A stretch of DNA of 64,000 bases from Spirochaetia bacterium (GCA_963677925.2 CAXXYH010000004.1:1280001-1344000); one strand, 5' to 3'. Numbered from the stretch's first letter, positions 20,477 to 30,753 are shown. A program made the numbers and translations. Notes: a model not told the origin generated them from the letters alone.

Positions 20477-21436
20477 TTAATTTTTCCGAATTCTTGGATC
20501 AACCCAGCCGTAAGCAAGATCCACCAGCAGGTTTGCCAGTACTACTACGAATGCAACAAGCAGAACGCAGCCCTGGACCATCGGGAAGTCCCGGTTCTGT
20601 ACGCTTGCAATAATCAGCCGGCCCATTCCCGGTATATTGAAGATTTGTTCAGCAAGCAGAGAGCCTCCGACAAGGCTGCGCACGATCATCCCCAGCAGGG
20701 TTATTACCGGAATCAGCGAGTTCCGGAGAATATGTTTAATTATGACGACATGCTCCAGCAAGCCTTTTGATACCGCCGTACGGACATAATCCTGAGCAAG
20801 GGTTTCAAGTACTGCTGATCTGGTCTGGCGTGTGATAATTGCCATTGGCCCCAGAGACATGAGTACAACCGGCAGGATTGCTTTTCGAAGACTATCCACC
20901 AAATCTACCGTAGGTGAAGTGTATCCCTGCGTCGGCAGGATACTTAGTTTCAAAGCAAAAAGATAAATACATAGAATACCTATCCAGAATTGCGGCATGG
21001 AAACACCGATATTTGCAAACACATTGACCAGCGAGTCGATTATCTTTCCCCTGTTCATTGCTGCAATGATTCCCAGTGTAATGCCGAAAAGAACGCCTCC
21101 TATAAGGGCTATCCCGTTAAGGTAGAGTGTAATGGGCAGCCGTTTGAGGAACATCCCGAGAACCGGTTCGTTGTAGTAGATGGATTCACCCAGATCTCCC
21201 CGAACTGCATCTTTTAGCCACAGGTAATACTGTGTCAGGAATGGTTTGTCCAGGTTCAGTTCTGCCCTCAGTGTCGCAACTTCTTCCGGGGTGGCATCTA
21301 TTCCCAGCATGGCAACTGCGGCATCGCCGGGGATGAAAGCAAGTACAGAGAAAGCGATAAATGAAACGAGGATAAGAACAATAACAGCCTGCGGTAATCT
21401 GTTAAATGCATATTTTAGCAACTTTGACTCCTTCAA
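20477..21436 (-). CDS. Opp/Dpp-family ABC permease (DppB-like)
   Basis: IPGDAA, QDYVRTAVSKG, DPRIR; TTG start. Confidence 0.9.
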   Translation of the reverse strand: MKESKLLKYAFNRLPQAVIVLILVSFIAFSVLAFIPGDAAVAMLGIDATPEEVATLRAELNLDKPFLTQYYLWLKDAVRGDLGESIYYNEPVLGMFLKRLPITLYLNGIALIGGVLFGITLGIIAAMNRGKIIDSLVNVFANIGVSMPQFWIGILCIYLFALKLSILPTQGYTSPTVDLVDSLRKAILPVVLMSLGPMAIITRQTRSAVLETLAQDYVRTAVSKGLLEHVVIIKHILRNSLIPVITLLGMIVRSLVGGSLLAEQIFNIPGMGRLIIASVQNRDFPMVQGCVLLVAFVVVLANLLVDLAYGWVDPRIRKN

Positions 21437-21661
21437 ATCCTTATTGTCTTGAGATATTTGTGTTTTTGTAAAAACTGAACTGTGTTTAAAAACAGAATTT
21501 TAGTCTAATTATAGATATGCCCGTCTTTAGATGTCAAGGAAAAGTTTTTATCAGCAGAGTTGTGTAAAGGAGTCTCAAAATTAAGAAAATTTTTAAATAT
21601 ATACATTATAGAAGTATATGAATCTAAAACTGAGTGAATGTACGAACTTGCTTATTGTTTC

Positions 21662-21726
21662 TTGACATCTGAAGTATTCGGGTTTATCGTTAAGTAATTC
21701 ACAATATGAATCAAGTTCATATTGTG
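21662..21726 (+). promoter_or_regulatory. Promoter and perfect inverted-repeat operator upstream of SBP gene
   Basis: TTGACA(21662)-N17-TATCGT, then CACAATATGAA-TCAAG-TTCATATTGTG (21700-21726). Confidence 0.7.
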
Positions 21727-21764
21727 GACTATCTTCAATAAAAAGAGGAAACGGAGGAAGATTT

Positions 21765-23393
21765 ATGAAAAAAGGGAATTGTGTGCCTGCAGGCATAATG
21801 ATGTGTATGCTGGTTTTTCTCATGCTGTTCATGGGCAGTATGAATCTGGCTGCCAGAGGTAATCAGGAGGGGGCTGATACTGGAGCAGATTCAGCCGTAT
21901 CGGGTACCAGCCCCGGGGAACCTGTTTATGGCGGTGTATTAAAGCTTGGGCAGAATAGAGATGTGGCTGTTTTCGGCTACCCTGCTGCAAACGGCTGGGG
22001 AGGGGCAACATATTACTATGACCCTGTTATGGAGACTCCTTTAAAACTTAATCCGGACGGATCTCTTTCAGGTAAATTGGCAACTGATTGGGGTTATATA
22101 AACGATGAAAAAACTGAACTAAAACTGACGGTTCGTCAAAATGTACGCTTTCATGACGGCTCTGTGCTCAATGCGGAAGTCATGAAGTGGAATCTTGAGA
22201 ATGCAATGGAAGAGCAGAAAACTGCCGCCAAGAGATTTGATCATATTGATGTTACCGGTGAGTATGAGCTAATTATTTATCTGACTGAACCCGATTATAC
22301 TCTGGTAAGTTATCTGGCTTCTAATACCGCTTTTTATATGATTTCAAAAGAAGCTGTTGAGAAAAATGGTGTTGACTGGGCTAATTCTCATCCGGTTGGT
22401 ACCGGCCCGTTCAAGCTTGTAAGCTGGGAACAGGATGTTAAGACTGTATTTGAAAAGAATGATGACTACTGGCAGGAAGGTCTTCCTTATCTTGACGGTG
22501 TTGAAATATACACAATGCCTGAGGAAATGGTACTTGTGGCAAGTATGCAGTCAGGCGATATCGATGTACTATTCGATCCTGTTGCTCAGTCAGTTGAAAC
22601 ACTGAAAGCTACCAATAAATTTAATATTGTCGGCTCCAGGCTTCCGGCAACACTCAACCAGCTCTTCCCGAGCTCCGGAACTCCGGGTGATATTCTGGAA
22701 AACAAGGATCTTCGTCTTGCTGTATGGCATGCGGTTGATTTCAAGGGAATTGCTGAAATGTTTCTGGGTGAATATGAGGATTACGCATATCAGCTGGTTT
22801 CAGAGGAATCGCCCGGTTTTAACCCCGAGATACCCGAGCATCAGTATGATCCCGATCTTGCAAAAGAATATCTTAAAAAAGCCGGTTATCCTGATGGCTT
22901 CGAGTGTGATCTGTATATTAAGAATCTTGGTCTTTTTCCCGATATTGCTACAACAATACAGGCATACTGTGCTGAGGTCGGGATTAAGCTCAATGTTGTG
23001 ATGAAAGACTCTACCGGATATGACGCGCTTATTATAAAAGAAGGCTGGAAGAATGGATTTCTTCTGATGAATTACAATCCTACGCTCCCGACTATGTCAC
23101 GTATCTATGACTTCGGTTTCCAGAGATCCACAATAAAAATCTTTTACAGATCAATGGCGCTTAATGATGCAATCTATGATGCGGTTGATAAGGTTGTTCA
23201 TCAGGAACCTTCGGGTGAGCAGTTCTACAAAGACTTTCAGGAAATGAACAGGCTATGGATTGAAGAGGCTGCTACAATACCTATCTATTTCAAAAAAACG
23301 GTCTGTGTTAAAAATCCAAAAGTTCATGATGACGGAAACGGTGATTTGCCGACAGGTATATGGACACCTGCTACAGCATGGATGGAAAAGTAG
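21765..23393 (+). CDS. Family 5 ABC substrate-binding protein
   Basis: Signal peptide ending AARGNQE, PVYGGVL, VRFHDGS, PVGTGPF, YWQEGLPYLD; GGAGG RBS. Confidence 0.92.
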   Translation: MKKGNCVPAGIMMCMLVFLMLFMGSMNLAARGNQEGADTGADSAVSGTSPGEPVYGGVLKLGQNRDVAVFGYPAANGWGGATYYYDPVMETPLKLNPDGSLSGKLATDWGYINDEKTELKLTVRQNVRFHDGSVLNAEVMKWNLENAMEEQKTAAKRFDHIDVTGEYELIIYLTEPDYTLVSYLASNTAFYMISKEAVEKNGVDWANSHPVGTGPFKLVSWEQDVKTVFEKNDDYWQEGLPYLDGVEIYTMPEEMVLVASMQSGDIDVLFDPVAQSVETLKATNKFNIVGSRLPATLNQLFPSSGTPGDILENKDLRLAVWHAVDFKGIAEMFLGEYEDYAYQLVSEESPGFNPEIPEHQYDPDLAKEYLKKAGYPDGFECDLYIKNLGLFPDIATTIQAYCAEVGIKLNVVMKDSTGYDALIIKEGWKNGFLLMNYNPTLPTMSRIYDFGFQRSTIKIFYRSMALNDAIYDAVDKVVHQEPSGEQFYKDFQEMNRLWIEEAATIPIYFKKTVCVKNPKVHDDGNGDLPTGIWTPATAWMEK

Positions 23394-23416
23394 AAATACT
23401 TCCTTAATCCCCCTAT

Positions 23417-23451
23417 ACTGCAGCCGTCGTATTGTGTCGGCTGCAGGTTTT
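23417..23451 (+). terminator. Possible terminator or stabilising hairpin after SBP gene
   Basis: CTGCAGCCG...CGGCTGCAG followed by GTTTT. Confidence 0.5.
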
Positions 23452-23539
23452 GTTGACTTTGATTTTATAAATGCTTTTAGTTTGCTGAAATCACTAATGA
23501 TCTTATCAACCTGTTTATTACCATAGGAGCCTATTAAAA

Positions 23540-25084
23540 ATGCAAGATATTCTCTTTGACGGAAACTGCTATGTTAAGGCCAGTCCTGAGTCACAGGGCG
23601 TTGAGTCCTCTGCAATACAGAATTTTCTGGATGCTGCCCGTGAGCACCGTATTGATCTTCATGCACTATATATTTTCAGGCATGGATATAACCTTGCCGC
23701 AGGCGTTGCCGCCCCCTGTGAGAAGGATGCTTATCATAGAATTTATTCAGCAGCCAAAGTTATTACGGGTATTGCGGCGCTGTTCGCGATTCAGGAAGGT
23801 TTGATTTCGTTTGAAGATAAACTTATTGACTTTTTTCCTGATGAAATCCCCGCTGAACTCAATGATAATATAAAGGCTGTTAATATTTACCACTTGCTGA
23901 CGATGAGTATCGGTCAGACTGATGATGCATTTCCGAAGATGATTCAGGAAAACAGGAACTGCATTCCAAGCTTCTTTGAGAAGCCGTTTGTTCGAAAACC
24001 CGGAACGGTATTTATGTATAATAACGCTGTCCCTCACGTTCTTAATATGATTATTGAGAGGGTTTCCGGTGTGGATTACATGGAATATTTACGGCCTAGA
24101 TTTTTTGAACCGGTCGGGTGCAAATATCTTGTTCAGGAGACCCTGGACGGCGAGAAGGAATCAGCTACCTGTGTCTGTACACCTGACAGTCTGGTAAGAA
24201 CTACTCTGTTTCTGGCACAGAGAGGTATGTGGGGCGGTAGGCAGCTTATCAAGCCTGAATTAATAGATATGCTCGGAGAAAGCCAGATCCCCTCTGTTTC
24301 AGTCGATTATCCTTTCAACAGTCCATCGCATGGCTACGGCTACGGTTTCCAGGTATGGAGAAATAATTTCGGCGGGTATCGAATCTCCGGCGGGAGGGGG
24401 CAGTATGGAATCGTAATTCCGGAACTGGATCTGGTTATTGTCGCCATGGCCTGGGAGTCAAGCAGTGCATTGATACCGGAGCTTCTGGCTGAGCATATAA
24501 TAAGCAGAATGTACGGTGCGCCTGTTGAAGAAAATGAAGAAAATAAACAGTCATATTTAAGCCTGTCTCAGCAGCTTGAAGAATGGAGTCTTGGACCTTG
24601 CGGGCTTTCGGCAAGTTCAGCAAAATCGGGAAAATTTTCCAGGCAGTCCTTCCTTCTTGAGAAAAGTGTATACCAAATGGAGAAAATAAGGTTTGATTTC
24701 AGTCAGGCGCTGCCTGAAATACGTATCAGTACTGAAGGTAATGAGCTTGTTTTTAAATGCGGTTTAGACTGCAAATGGAACATTAACCCGGACTCTGAAT
24801 TTATCAGGATGCCGCCGCGCAGGAATGAACATATGCCTGTAAATTACGGATATAAAACTAAAGAAGTCTACTTGACCGGCGGCTGGGAGGATGATGATAT
24901 CTTTGTATTTCAGGTGCGTACCAATTACTGTATGTCATATGATACATTCACCTGCCGATTCAGGGGAACTTCATTAACTGTGACGGTCGTCAATGCTGAA
25001 AGAGCGCAGGGAGAGTTCCGGAAAGTTGATGAAAAAATGATAGATGCTCCCCCTGTTACTGTTATAAATGGAAGGAAAATATAA
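23540..25084 (+). CDS. Beta-lactamase-fold serine hydrolase (esterase/amidase)
   Basis: SAAK (SxxK), HLLTMS.G, FMYNN, GYGFQVW, GGRGQ; no signal peptide. Confidence 0.85.
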   Translation: MQDILFDGNCYVKASPESQGVESSAIQNFLDAAREHRIDLHALYIFRHGYNLAAGVAAPCEKDAYHRIYSAAKVITGIAALFAIQEGLISFEDKLIDFFPDEIPAELNDNIKAVNIYHLLTMSIGQTDDAFPKMIQENRNCIPSFFEKPFVRKPGTVFMYNNAVPHVLNMIIERVSGVDYMEYLRPRFFEPVGCKYLVQETLDGEKESATCVCTPDSLVRTTLFLAQRGMWGGRQLIKPELIDMLGESQIPSVSVDYPFNSPSHGYGYGFQVWRNNFGGYRISGGRGQYGIVIPELDLVIVAMAWESSSALIPELLAEHIISRMYGAPVEENEENKQSYLSLSQQLEEWSLGPCGLSASSAKSGKFSRQSFLLEKSVYQMEKIRFDFSQALPEIRISTEGNELVFKCGLDCKWNINPDSEFIRMPPRRNEHMPVNYGYKTKEVYLTGGWEDDDIFVFQVRTNYCMSYDTFTCRFRGTSLTVTVVNAERAQGEFRKVDEKMIDAPPVTVINGRKI

Positions 25085-25107
25085 TTTTTAAGTTCTATCT
25101 ATTCTAT

Positions 25108-25154
25108 AAAAAGGCCTGAGTATCCATATTTATGAAACTCAGGCCTTCTTTTTT
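25108..25154. terminator. Bidirectional terminator between convergent hydrolase genes
   Basis: AAGGCCTGAGT...ACTCAGGCCTT flanked by A and T runs. Confidence 0.75.
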
Positions 25155-25179
25155 GGATCAGCTGGTTTTTCAGCAGGTT

Positions 25180-26700
25180 TCAGTCGTTTTTTAATCCTTT
25201 AAGACCGCAGTCTGCAAGATATCTGACAAATGGTGATATGGGTATTTCCATCATATCGTTATTACCGCCGAATTCCATAGCTAAAGGCTGCTGCTCTGTG
25301 AACGGAGACCATTGCGGATGTATTGGGCTGTTCGGGTCGCCGCTCTTCATGAAATTACACCAGGTATCCGACATTCTCATAGACAGTTCGTAGTCTTCTC
25401 CGGTGTATCTGCGATCCATATGATGGAAGCTTTCATTTATGTATGGGTGTTCAGCTCCGTGATAAGCACCGTTCAGACCGGGGGGTGTCTGATTGAACCA
25501 GTACTGATATGCAAGACGGCTGCGTCCGATTCGCTCCTGATTGATGCAGAAAGCGAGAGAGCCTGCGAGCATATAGTTTCTTATATAGTTTCGATTATGC
25601 TGGACAAGGCTTGGTACGTCGGTTATTCCGGCGGCATTCAGGTAATCACCGGTTTCATCGCCGTAGGTTTCCCGTGTCGCTTCAATAAAAGCGTTGTAAT
25701 CAGGATTCTGGTCCAGAGGGTAGAGTCCGTCCTCATCCGATGTCGAGCCAATCATATATGCTATATCATGATGGTGACCGCTTCGGATACATTCAACAGG
25801 AGATTCAGGAGATAGGTACCCGTCTACAAGCGGTGTGAATACGATGCGTGCTCCAATCTTCAGTTTGAAATGAGTGGTGAACAGGTTGAGAACTTTTGCA
25901 GGATCCATCTCCCGTGCTTCTTCAATAGAGACGATACCTGCCGATTTGAACAGCTCAAGACCCTCTCTTTCTCCGTCTTCAATGGTCTTTCTCATGCCGC
26001 CATGAAGATAGCTCAGACCGCTTCCGCTCATCATTATGGCTCTTTTAACGATTCCCTTTGTGAGGGGGGTAGTTACCATGCTTCGAACACAGTCGCCGCC
26101 GGCTGACTGGCCGAAGATTGATATGCTGTCGGGATCTCCGCCGAAATTACTGATATTTCGGTTAATCCACTGCAGTGCTGCAACCATATCCAGTGTTCCG
26201 TAGGAGCCTGATGTGGCATTCGATGATTCTTTGGTAAGATCCGGGTGTGCGAAATACCCAAACAGGTTTACACGATAATTAAAATTAACATAGACCATAT
26301 CCCGTCGGGCAAAGGCTTCACCGTTCATTGCGAGGGTATGGCTGTAGCCCTGACGCATTCCACCTCCGAACATATATACTGCTACAGGAAGTTTGTCCTC
26401 TGTGGACTGGGCCGGAGTCCAGATGTTCAGGTAGAGGCAGTCCTCGCTCATCGGCCAGTCTATCTCCTTTCTCCTCTGCATGTCATTTGTTTTATATCTG
26501 GGCGGCTGGAAGGGGATCGGTGCGAAATTGACTGCCTGACGAATGCCGTCCCATTTTTCAACAGGCTGGGGTTCGGTCCATCTTTTTTTTCCTACCGGCG
26601 GAGCTGCGTAGGGGACTCCTCTGAATACGCTGATTGTATGATTGGAGGAGGGGATGCCTTCTACTATGCCGCCTTCGGTTTTTGCTCTTAAAATTGCCAT
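25180..26700 (-). CDS. Type-B carboxylesterase
   Basis: FRGVPYA.PP, SEDCLYLNIW, FGGG, GQSAG, GSTSDE, AYHGAE; AAGGAG RBS before ATG 26700. Confidence 0.92.
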   Translation of the reverse strand: MAILRAKTEGGIVEGIPSSNHTISVFRGVPYAAPPVGKKRWTEPQPVEKWDGIRQAVNFAPIPFQPPRYKTNDMQRRKEIDWPMSEDCLYLNIWTPAQSTEDKLPVAVYMFGGGMRQGYSHTLAMNGEAFARRDMVYVNFNYRVNLFGYFAHPDLTKESSNATSGSYGTLDMVAALQWINRNISNFGGDPDSISIFGQSAGGDCVRSMVTTPLTKGIVKRAIMMSGSGLSYLHGGMRKTIEDGEREGLELFKSAGIVSIEEAREMDPAKVLNLFTTHFKLKIGARIVFTPLVDGYLSPESPVECIRSGHHHDIAYMIGSTSDEDGLYPLDQNPDYNAFIEATRETYGDETGDYLNAAGITDVPSLVQHNRNYIRNYMLAGSLAFCINQERIGRSRLAYQYWFNQTPPGLNGAYHGAEHPYINESFHHMDRRYTGEDYELSMRMSDTWCNFMKSGDPNSPIHPQWSPFTEQQPLAMEFGGNNDMMEIPISPFVRYLADCGLKGLKND

Positions 26701-26889
26701 AGAATGGTCTCCTTTTTTTACTGTTAGTATGTCTATATAAAACTGACCGCGTTCCAAAAATGAACGTGGTTCGATAAGTAGTATAGGGTATGAAATTGTA
26801 TATGTCTACATAAAGTTGAGATATGAAATGGCAGTTATCTCAATTTGTAATTTTTGTCCAGAGTCCGGATAATGTAAACTTATTATTTC

Positions 26890-26951
26890 TTGACAATAAA
26901 TTTTTTAAAGTTTATCCTTGAAAAGTTCTAAATATGAATTGAGTTCAGATT
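26890..26951 (+). promoter_or_regulatory. tetR promoter and operator
   Basis: TTGACA(26890)-N17-TATCCT, then AATATGAA-TTGAG-TTCAGATT (26931-26951). Confidence 0.65.
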
Positions 26952-26995
26952 AATTGAAAGAGATGTATAAACGAAATTATTAAAAAGAGGGTATT

Positions 26996-27601
26996 ATGAA
27001 GTCTCAACGGCAGCATATGACACATCAGCAGATGAAAGCTCAGGAAACAAAAGAACTGATCTGGAAAACCGCTGAAGGTCTTATTAATAAAATGGGAACA
27101 GAGAAGGTAACCATTAAGGAAATTTGCAGGACTGCAAATGTATCTGTCGGGACGTTTTATTATCACTATAAATCAAAAGTAGATATATTGCTTGATCACA
27201 GAGATGTTCTGGACAAGGTTTTTCTTGAATGGATTGAGAAGGAATTTAAGCCTGAATCAGTTGTGGATTGTTTTATGCAGTTCTGGCTTTACTATGCCAG
27301 GCAGAATGAAACAATTGGTCCCGGACTGGAAACACGAATTGTGATGCACAAGCAGGCAAGAGACGATGAAAGAAAGCGTCAGCAATTCCTCAGCTGGATG
27401 GACAACTACATTGAAGAAAAGCAGAAAGAACACAAAGTAAAAGATGATAAACCGGCACGTGAGATTACTGACCTTTTTTATATTGTTTTACGCGGGTTTA
27501 TTTTTGAATGGTGTGTACGTTACAAAGATGATATGAGCCTTGTTGAAATGGTGAAAGACGGAATCATACCTTATATTGACTATTTTGTGTTAGAAAAGTA
27601 A
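26996..27601 (+). CDS. TetR/AcrR-family transcriptional regulator
   Basis: VTIKEICRTANVSVGTFYYHYKSK HTH. Confidence 0.93.
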   Translation: MKSQRQHMTHQQMKAQETKELIWKTAEGLINKMGTEKVTIKEICRTANVSVGTFYYHYKSKVDILLDHRDVLDKVFLEWIEKEFKPESVVDCFMQFWLYYARQNETIGPGLETRIVMHKQARDDERKRQQFLSWMDNYIEEKQKEHKVKDDKPAREITDLFYIVLRGFIFEWCVRYKDDMSLVEMVKDGIIPYIDYFVLEK

Positions 27602-27836
27602 GAAAAGTATTTTTTAGCTGCCTCTGTCTCCCTCTTTTTCCATAATTGTACAACTGGGAAGTGTGAGCTTCAATAGCTTGTTTGTGATTTAAAACCGAAT
27701 AACATTCATAAAAAGAATTAGAAGATTGTATGCATATAGAACAGCAATAAAAATCTAAAAATGCTCATATTTAAGGCCAAATATACTCAAAAATGCTGGT
27801 TTTTGGGGTTGTTGACGATGATCTCATGAAAAAATC

Positions 27837-27894
27837 TTGACAACACGAAGATCTAAGGTATTATTATCTGTATAAACTGAATCTAATTCAGAAA
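27837..27894 (+). promoter_or_regulatory. ABC operon promoter and operator
   Basis: TTGACA(27837)...TATTAT, then AAACTGAA-TCTAA-TTCAGAAA (27874-27894). Confidence 0.62.
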
Positions 27895-27939
27895 TAGAAT
27901 AAGCACCAATAATGTTACAGGTAAAGGCAGGTTGTTTTA

Positions 27940-28884
27940 ATGCTATTATTTATTACTAAGCGGTTGCTCTGGCTTATTCCAATTCTAATAGGCGTTTCAA
28001 TTCTTATTTTTGTCATAACAAGTTTTACGCCCGGAGACCCGGTCCGTATCATGCTTGGAGCTATGGCCACAGAAGATCAGATGGATGCAGCCAGGGAAGA
28101 GTTGGGATTGAATGACCCTCTCATAATCCAGTACTTCAATTACATGAAAAGTCTGATTCTTGAGGGAGAACTGGGCATATCCTATGTTACTCATGAAAGT
28201 GTTATGACCGAAGTTCTGCACAGGCTTCCATATACACTCATCATTGCTCTGGTCAGTCTGGTTATCACAATAATCGCCGGTATACCTCTGGGGGTTCTTG
28301 CCGCTGTGAATCAGTTTACATGGAAAGACAGTGCGGCCATGTTTGTTTCAATGGTCATGGTTGCAATACCCGATTTCTGGCTGGCACTGAACTTTGTTCT
28401 TCTGTTCAGTCTTACATTGGGCTGGCTTCCGGCGGTAGGAGTAGGCAGCTGGCTGAATTACATCATGCCCTGTCTTGCTATATCAATGCATGGAATAGCA
28501 ACCATAACACGACAGACAAGGTCAAGTGTACTTGAAGTTATCCGTCAGGATTATATCACTACTGCACGGGCAAAAGGACTGAGCCGACGTGATGTAATCT
28601 ATAAGCATACACTCAAGAATGCACTTATCCCGATAATAATGACTATTGGCGGCGGAATAGCCATGCGGCTTGGCGGCGCTCTTATTGCCGAAACTATCTT
28701 CTCTATACCTGGAATGGGTGTTTACATGATGGGAGCTATCCGGGCAAGGGATTATCCGATAATCCGGGGATCTGCACTTGTTATAAGCGTCTGGTTCTGT
28801 CTTGTAATGCTGCTTGTCGACATTGTTTTTGCTCTGGTCGATCCTCGTATCAGGGTTCAATTCGTAAAAAAGGGGAATAAGTAA
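27940..28884 (+). CDS. Opp/Dpp-family ABC permease (DppB-like)
   Basis: TPGDPV, RQTRSSVLEVIRQDYITTARAKG, DPRIR. Confidence 0.93.
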   Translation: MLLFITKRLLWLIPILIGVSILIFVITSFTPGDPVRIMLGAMATEDQMDAAREELGLNDPLIIQYFNYMKSLILEGELGISYVTHESVMTEVLHRLPYTLIIALVSLVITIIAGIPLGVLAAVNQFTWKDSAAMFVSMVMVAIPDFWLALNFVLLFSLTLGWLPAVGVGSWLNYIMPCLAISMHGIATITRQTRSSVLEVIRQDYITTARAKGLSRRDVIYKHTLKNALIPIIMTIGGGIAMRLGGALIAETIFSIPGMGVYMMGAIRARDYPIIRGSALVISVWFCLVMLLVDIVFALVDPRIRVQFVKKGNK

Positions 28885-28890
28885 ACAACG

Positions 28891-29760
28891 ATGAAAATTA
28901 ATAATTCAAACTCCAAAGGTGAGAGTCAGTTTCATGAAACATTATATCGTCTTACCAGGAATAAATTAGCTGTTATCGGATTTGCCTATATTATCTTCAT
29001 GCTTCTGGTAGCTTTATTTGCTCCGGTCATAGCACCGTATGATTATGTTGAACAGGATTATGAGCATATTTTTGAAGCTCCAAGCAGCCAGCATCTACTG
29101 GGAACTGATAACCTTGGACGTGATGTATTAAGCCGGCTTATATGGGGTTCAAGGCAGTCATTGCAGATAGCCTTCCTCACAGTTTTTATTGCTGCAGCAA
29201 TAGGTATAGTTGTAGGTTCGATCGCCGGCTATTACGGCGGTCTTCCGGACAGTCTGTTGATGCGTTTTCTGGATATCTATCAATCGATACCGGTTATGAT
29301 TTTATCTATAGCCCTGGCAACAGCACTTGGCCCGGGAGTTCTTAATACAATTATTGCTGTCTCTATTACTATCAGCCCTCTTTTTGCAAGAATGATGCGT
29401 GCTTCAATCATGCGTGTAAGTAAAATGGAATATATAGAAGCTGCAGTAGCGATAAATGCAAAGAATCCCCGAATAATCTGGGATCACGCGCTTCCTAATG
29501 CTTTTTCTCCTATGATAGTCCTTTGTACTATGAGCTTCGGTCAGTCCATGCTGGTCGCGGCAACACTGAGCTTTATTGGTCTGGGCGCTCAGCCTCCTTC
29601 ACCGGAATGGGGAGCGATGCTCACTTCTGCCAGGGGATTTATTCGTGATTATCCATATCTCATCACCTCTCCCGGAGTCTGCATTTTTCTCGGCGTTTTA
29701 TCCTTTAACATGATGGGTGACGGGCTTCGCGATGCCCTTGACCCGCACCTGAAAAACTAG
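28891..29760 (+). CDS. Opp/Dpp-family ABC permease (DppC-like)
   Basis: HLLGTDNLGRD, EYIEAAVAI, GDGLRDALDP. Confidence 0.93.
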   Translation: MKINNSNSKGESQFHETLYRLTRNKLAVIGFAYIIFMLLVALFAPVIAPYDYVEQDYEHIFEAPSSQHLLGTDNLGRDVLSRLIWGSRQSLQIAFLTVFIAAAIGIVVGSIAGYYGGLPDSLLMRFLDIYQSIPVMILSIALATALGPGVLNTIIAVSITISPLFARMMRASIMRVSKMEYIEAAVAINAKNPRIIWDHALPNAFSPMIVLCTMSFGQSMLVAATLSFIGLGAQPPSPEWGAMLTSARGFIRDYPYLITSPGVCIFLGVLSFNMMGDGLRDALDPHLKN

Positions 29761-29772
29761 GGCGGCAGCAAT

Positions 29773-30753
29773 ATGAAAGAAACAACAAAGAATATACTGG
29801 ATATCAAAGATCTATATGTGCACTATACTGCATATAAAAATGTTATCAGGGCGGTAAACGGAGTAAGTCTTTCTCTGAAGCGGGGAAAGAGTCTGGGCCT
29901 TGTAGGTGAAACCGGAGCCGGTAAAACAACGATTGCAAAGGCTGTTATGGGTATTCTGCCTGACCGTCAGGCTCGTATCCCCGGCGGAGTTATCGAATTT
30001 GACGGTGAAGATCTGCTGAAATACACAGAAAAGAAAATGGAAAAAGTTCGGGGTAATAAAATCTCCATGGTTTTTCAGGATCCCATGACTGCATTAAATC
30101 CGATAGAGAAAGTTGGAGATCAGATTGCCGAGACTATTCGTAATCATAACAAAATATCCAAAACCGAGGCTGAGAAGCAGGCTATAGATATCCTCGAAAT
30201 GGTCGGAATTCCAGGCGACCGTTACAGCGAGTATCCGCACCAGTTTTCAGGCGGAATGAAACAGCGGGTTGTAATTGCAATAGCCCTGGCCTGTAAGCCG
30301 GAGCTCCTGATTGCGGATGAACCTACGACTGCCCTTGATGTCACTATCCAGGCCCAGGTTTTAAGGATGCTGGCCAAGCTGAAAAATGAGCTTCAGACTT
30401 CGGTTATAATGATAACCCACGATCTGGGGATAGTTGCAGAAATGTGCGACGATGTTGCAGTTGTCTATGCCGGTGAGATTGTTGAAATTGGACCTGTTGA
30501 AAGTATTTTCGATCATGCAAGCCATCCCTATACAATCGGACTTTTTAACTCACTTCCGGATTTGAAATCAAAAGAAGCCCGTTTAAAACCAATAAAGGGC
30601 TTAATGCCCGATCCTGCCAATTTACCTGAAGGCTGTAAATTTCACGACCGCTGTCCGAATGCAGATGAAGAGTGCAGAAAAAAATCTCCTAACACAATTG
30701 AATTGACGCCGGGACATTTTGTGATGTGCATGAAAGTGAAGGAGGAAAAATAG
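29773..30753 (+). CDS. Opp/Dpp-family ABC ATP-binding protein (DppD-like)
   Basis: [26 protein letters not shown] plus Cys tail. Confidence 0.93.
   Translation: MKETTKNILDIKDLYVHYTAYKNVIRAVNGVSLSLKRGKSLGLVGETGAGKTTIAKAVMGILPDRQARIPGGVIEFDGEDLLKYTEKKMEKVRGNKISMVFQDPMTALNPIEKVGDQIAETIRNHNKISKTEAEKQAIDILEMVGIPGDRYSEYPHQFSGGMKQRVVIAIALACKPELLIADEPTTALDVTIQAQVLRMLAKLKNELQTSVIMITHDLGIVAEMCDDVAVVYAGEIVEIGPVESIFDHASHPYTIGLFNSLPDLKSKEARLKPIKGLMPDPANLPEGCKFHDRCPNADEECRKKSPNTIELTPGHFVMCMKVKEEK

Noticed and set aside
21593-21832. 79-aa minus-strand ORF in the divergent promoter region
   Set aside because: It overlaps the SBP start, promoter and operator and has no recognisable motif.
23540-25084. Beta-lactam resistance gene
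   Set aside because: It has no signal peptide, has a long C-terminal extension and sits among esterases; SxxK-fold esterase/amidase is more likely.
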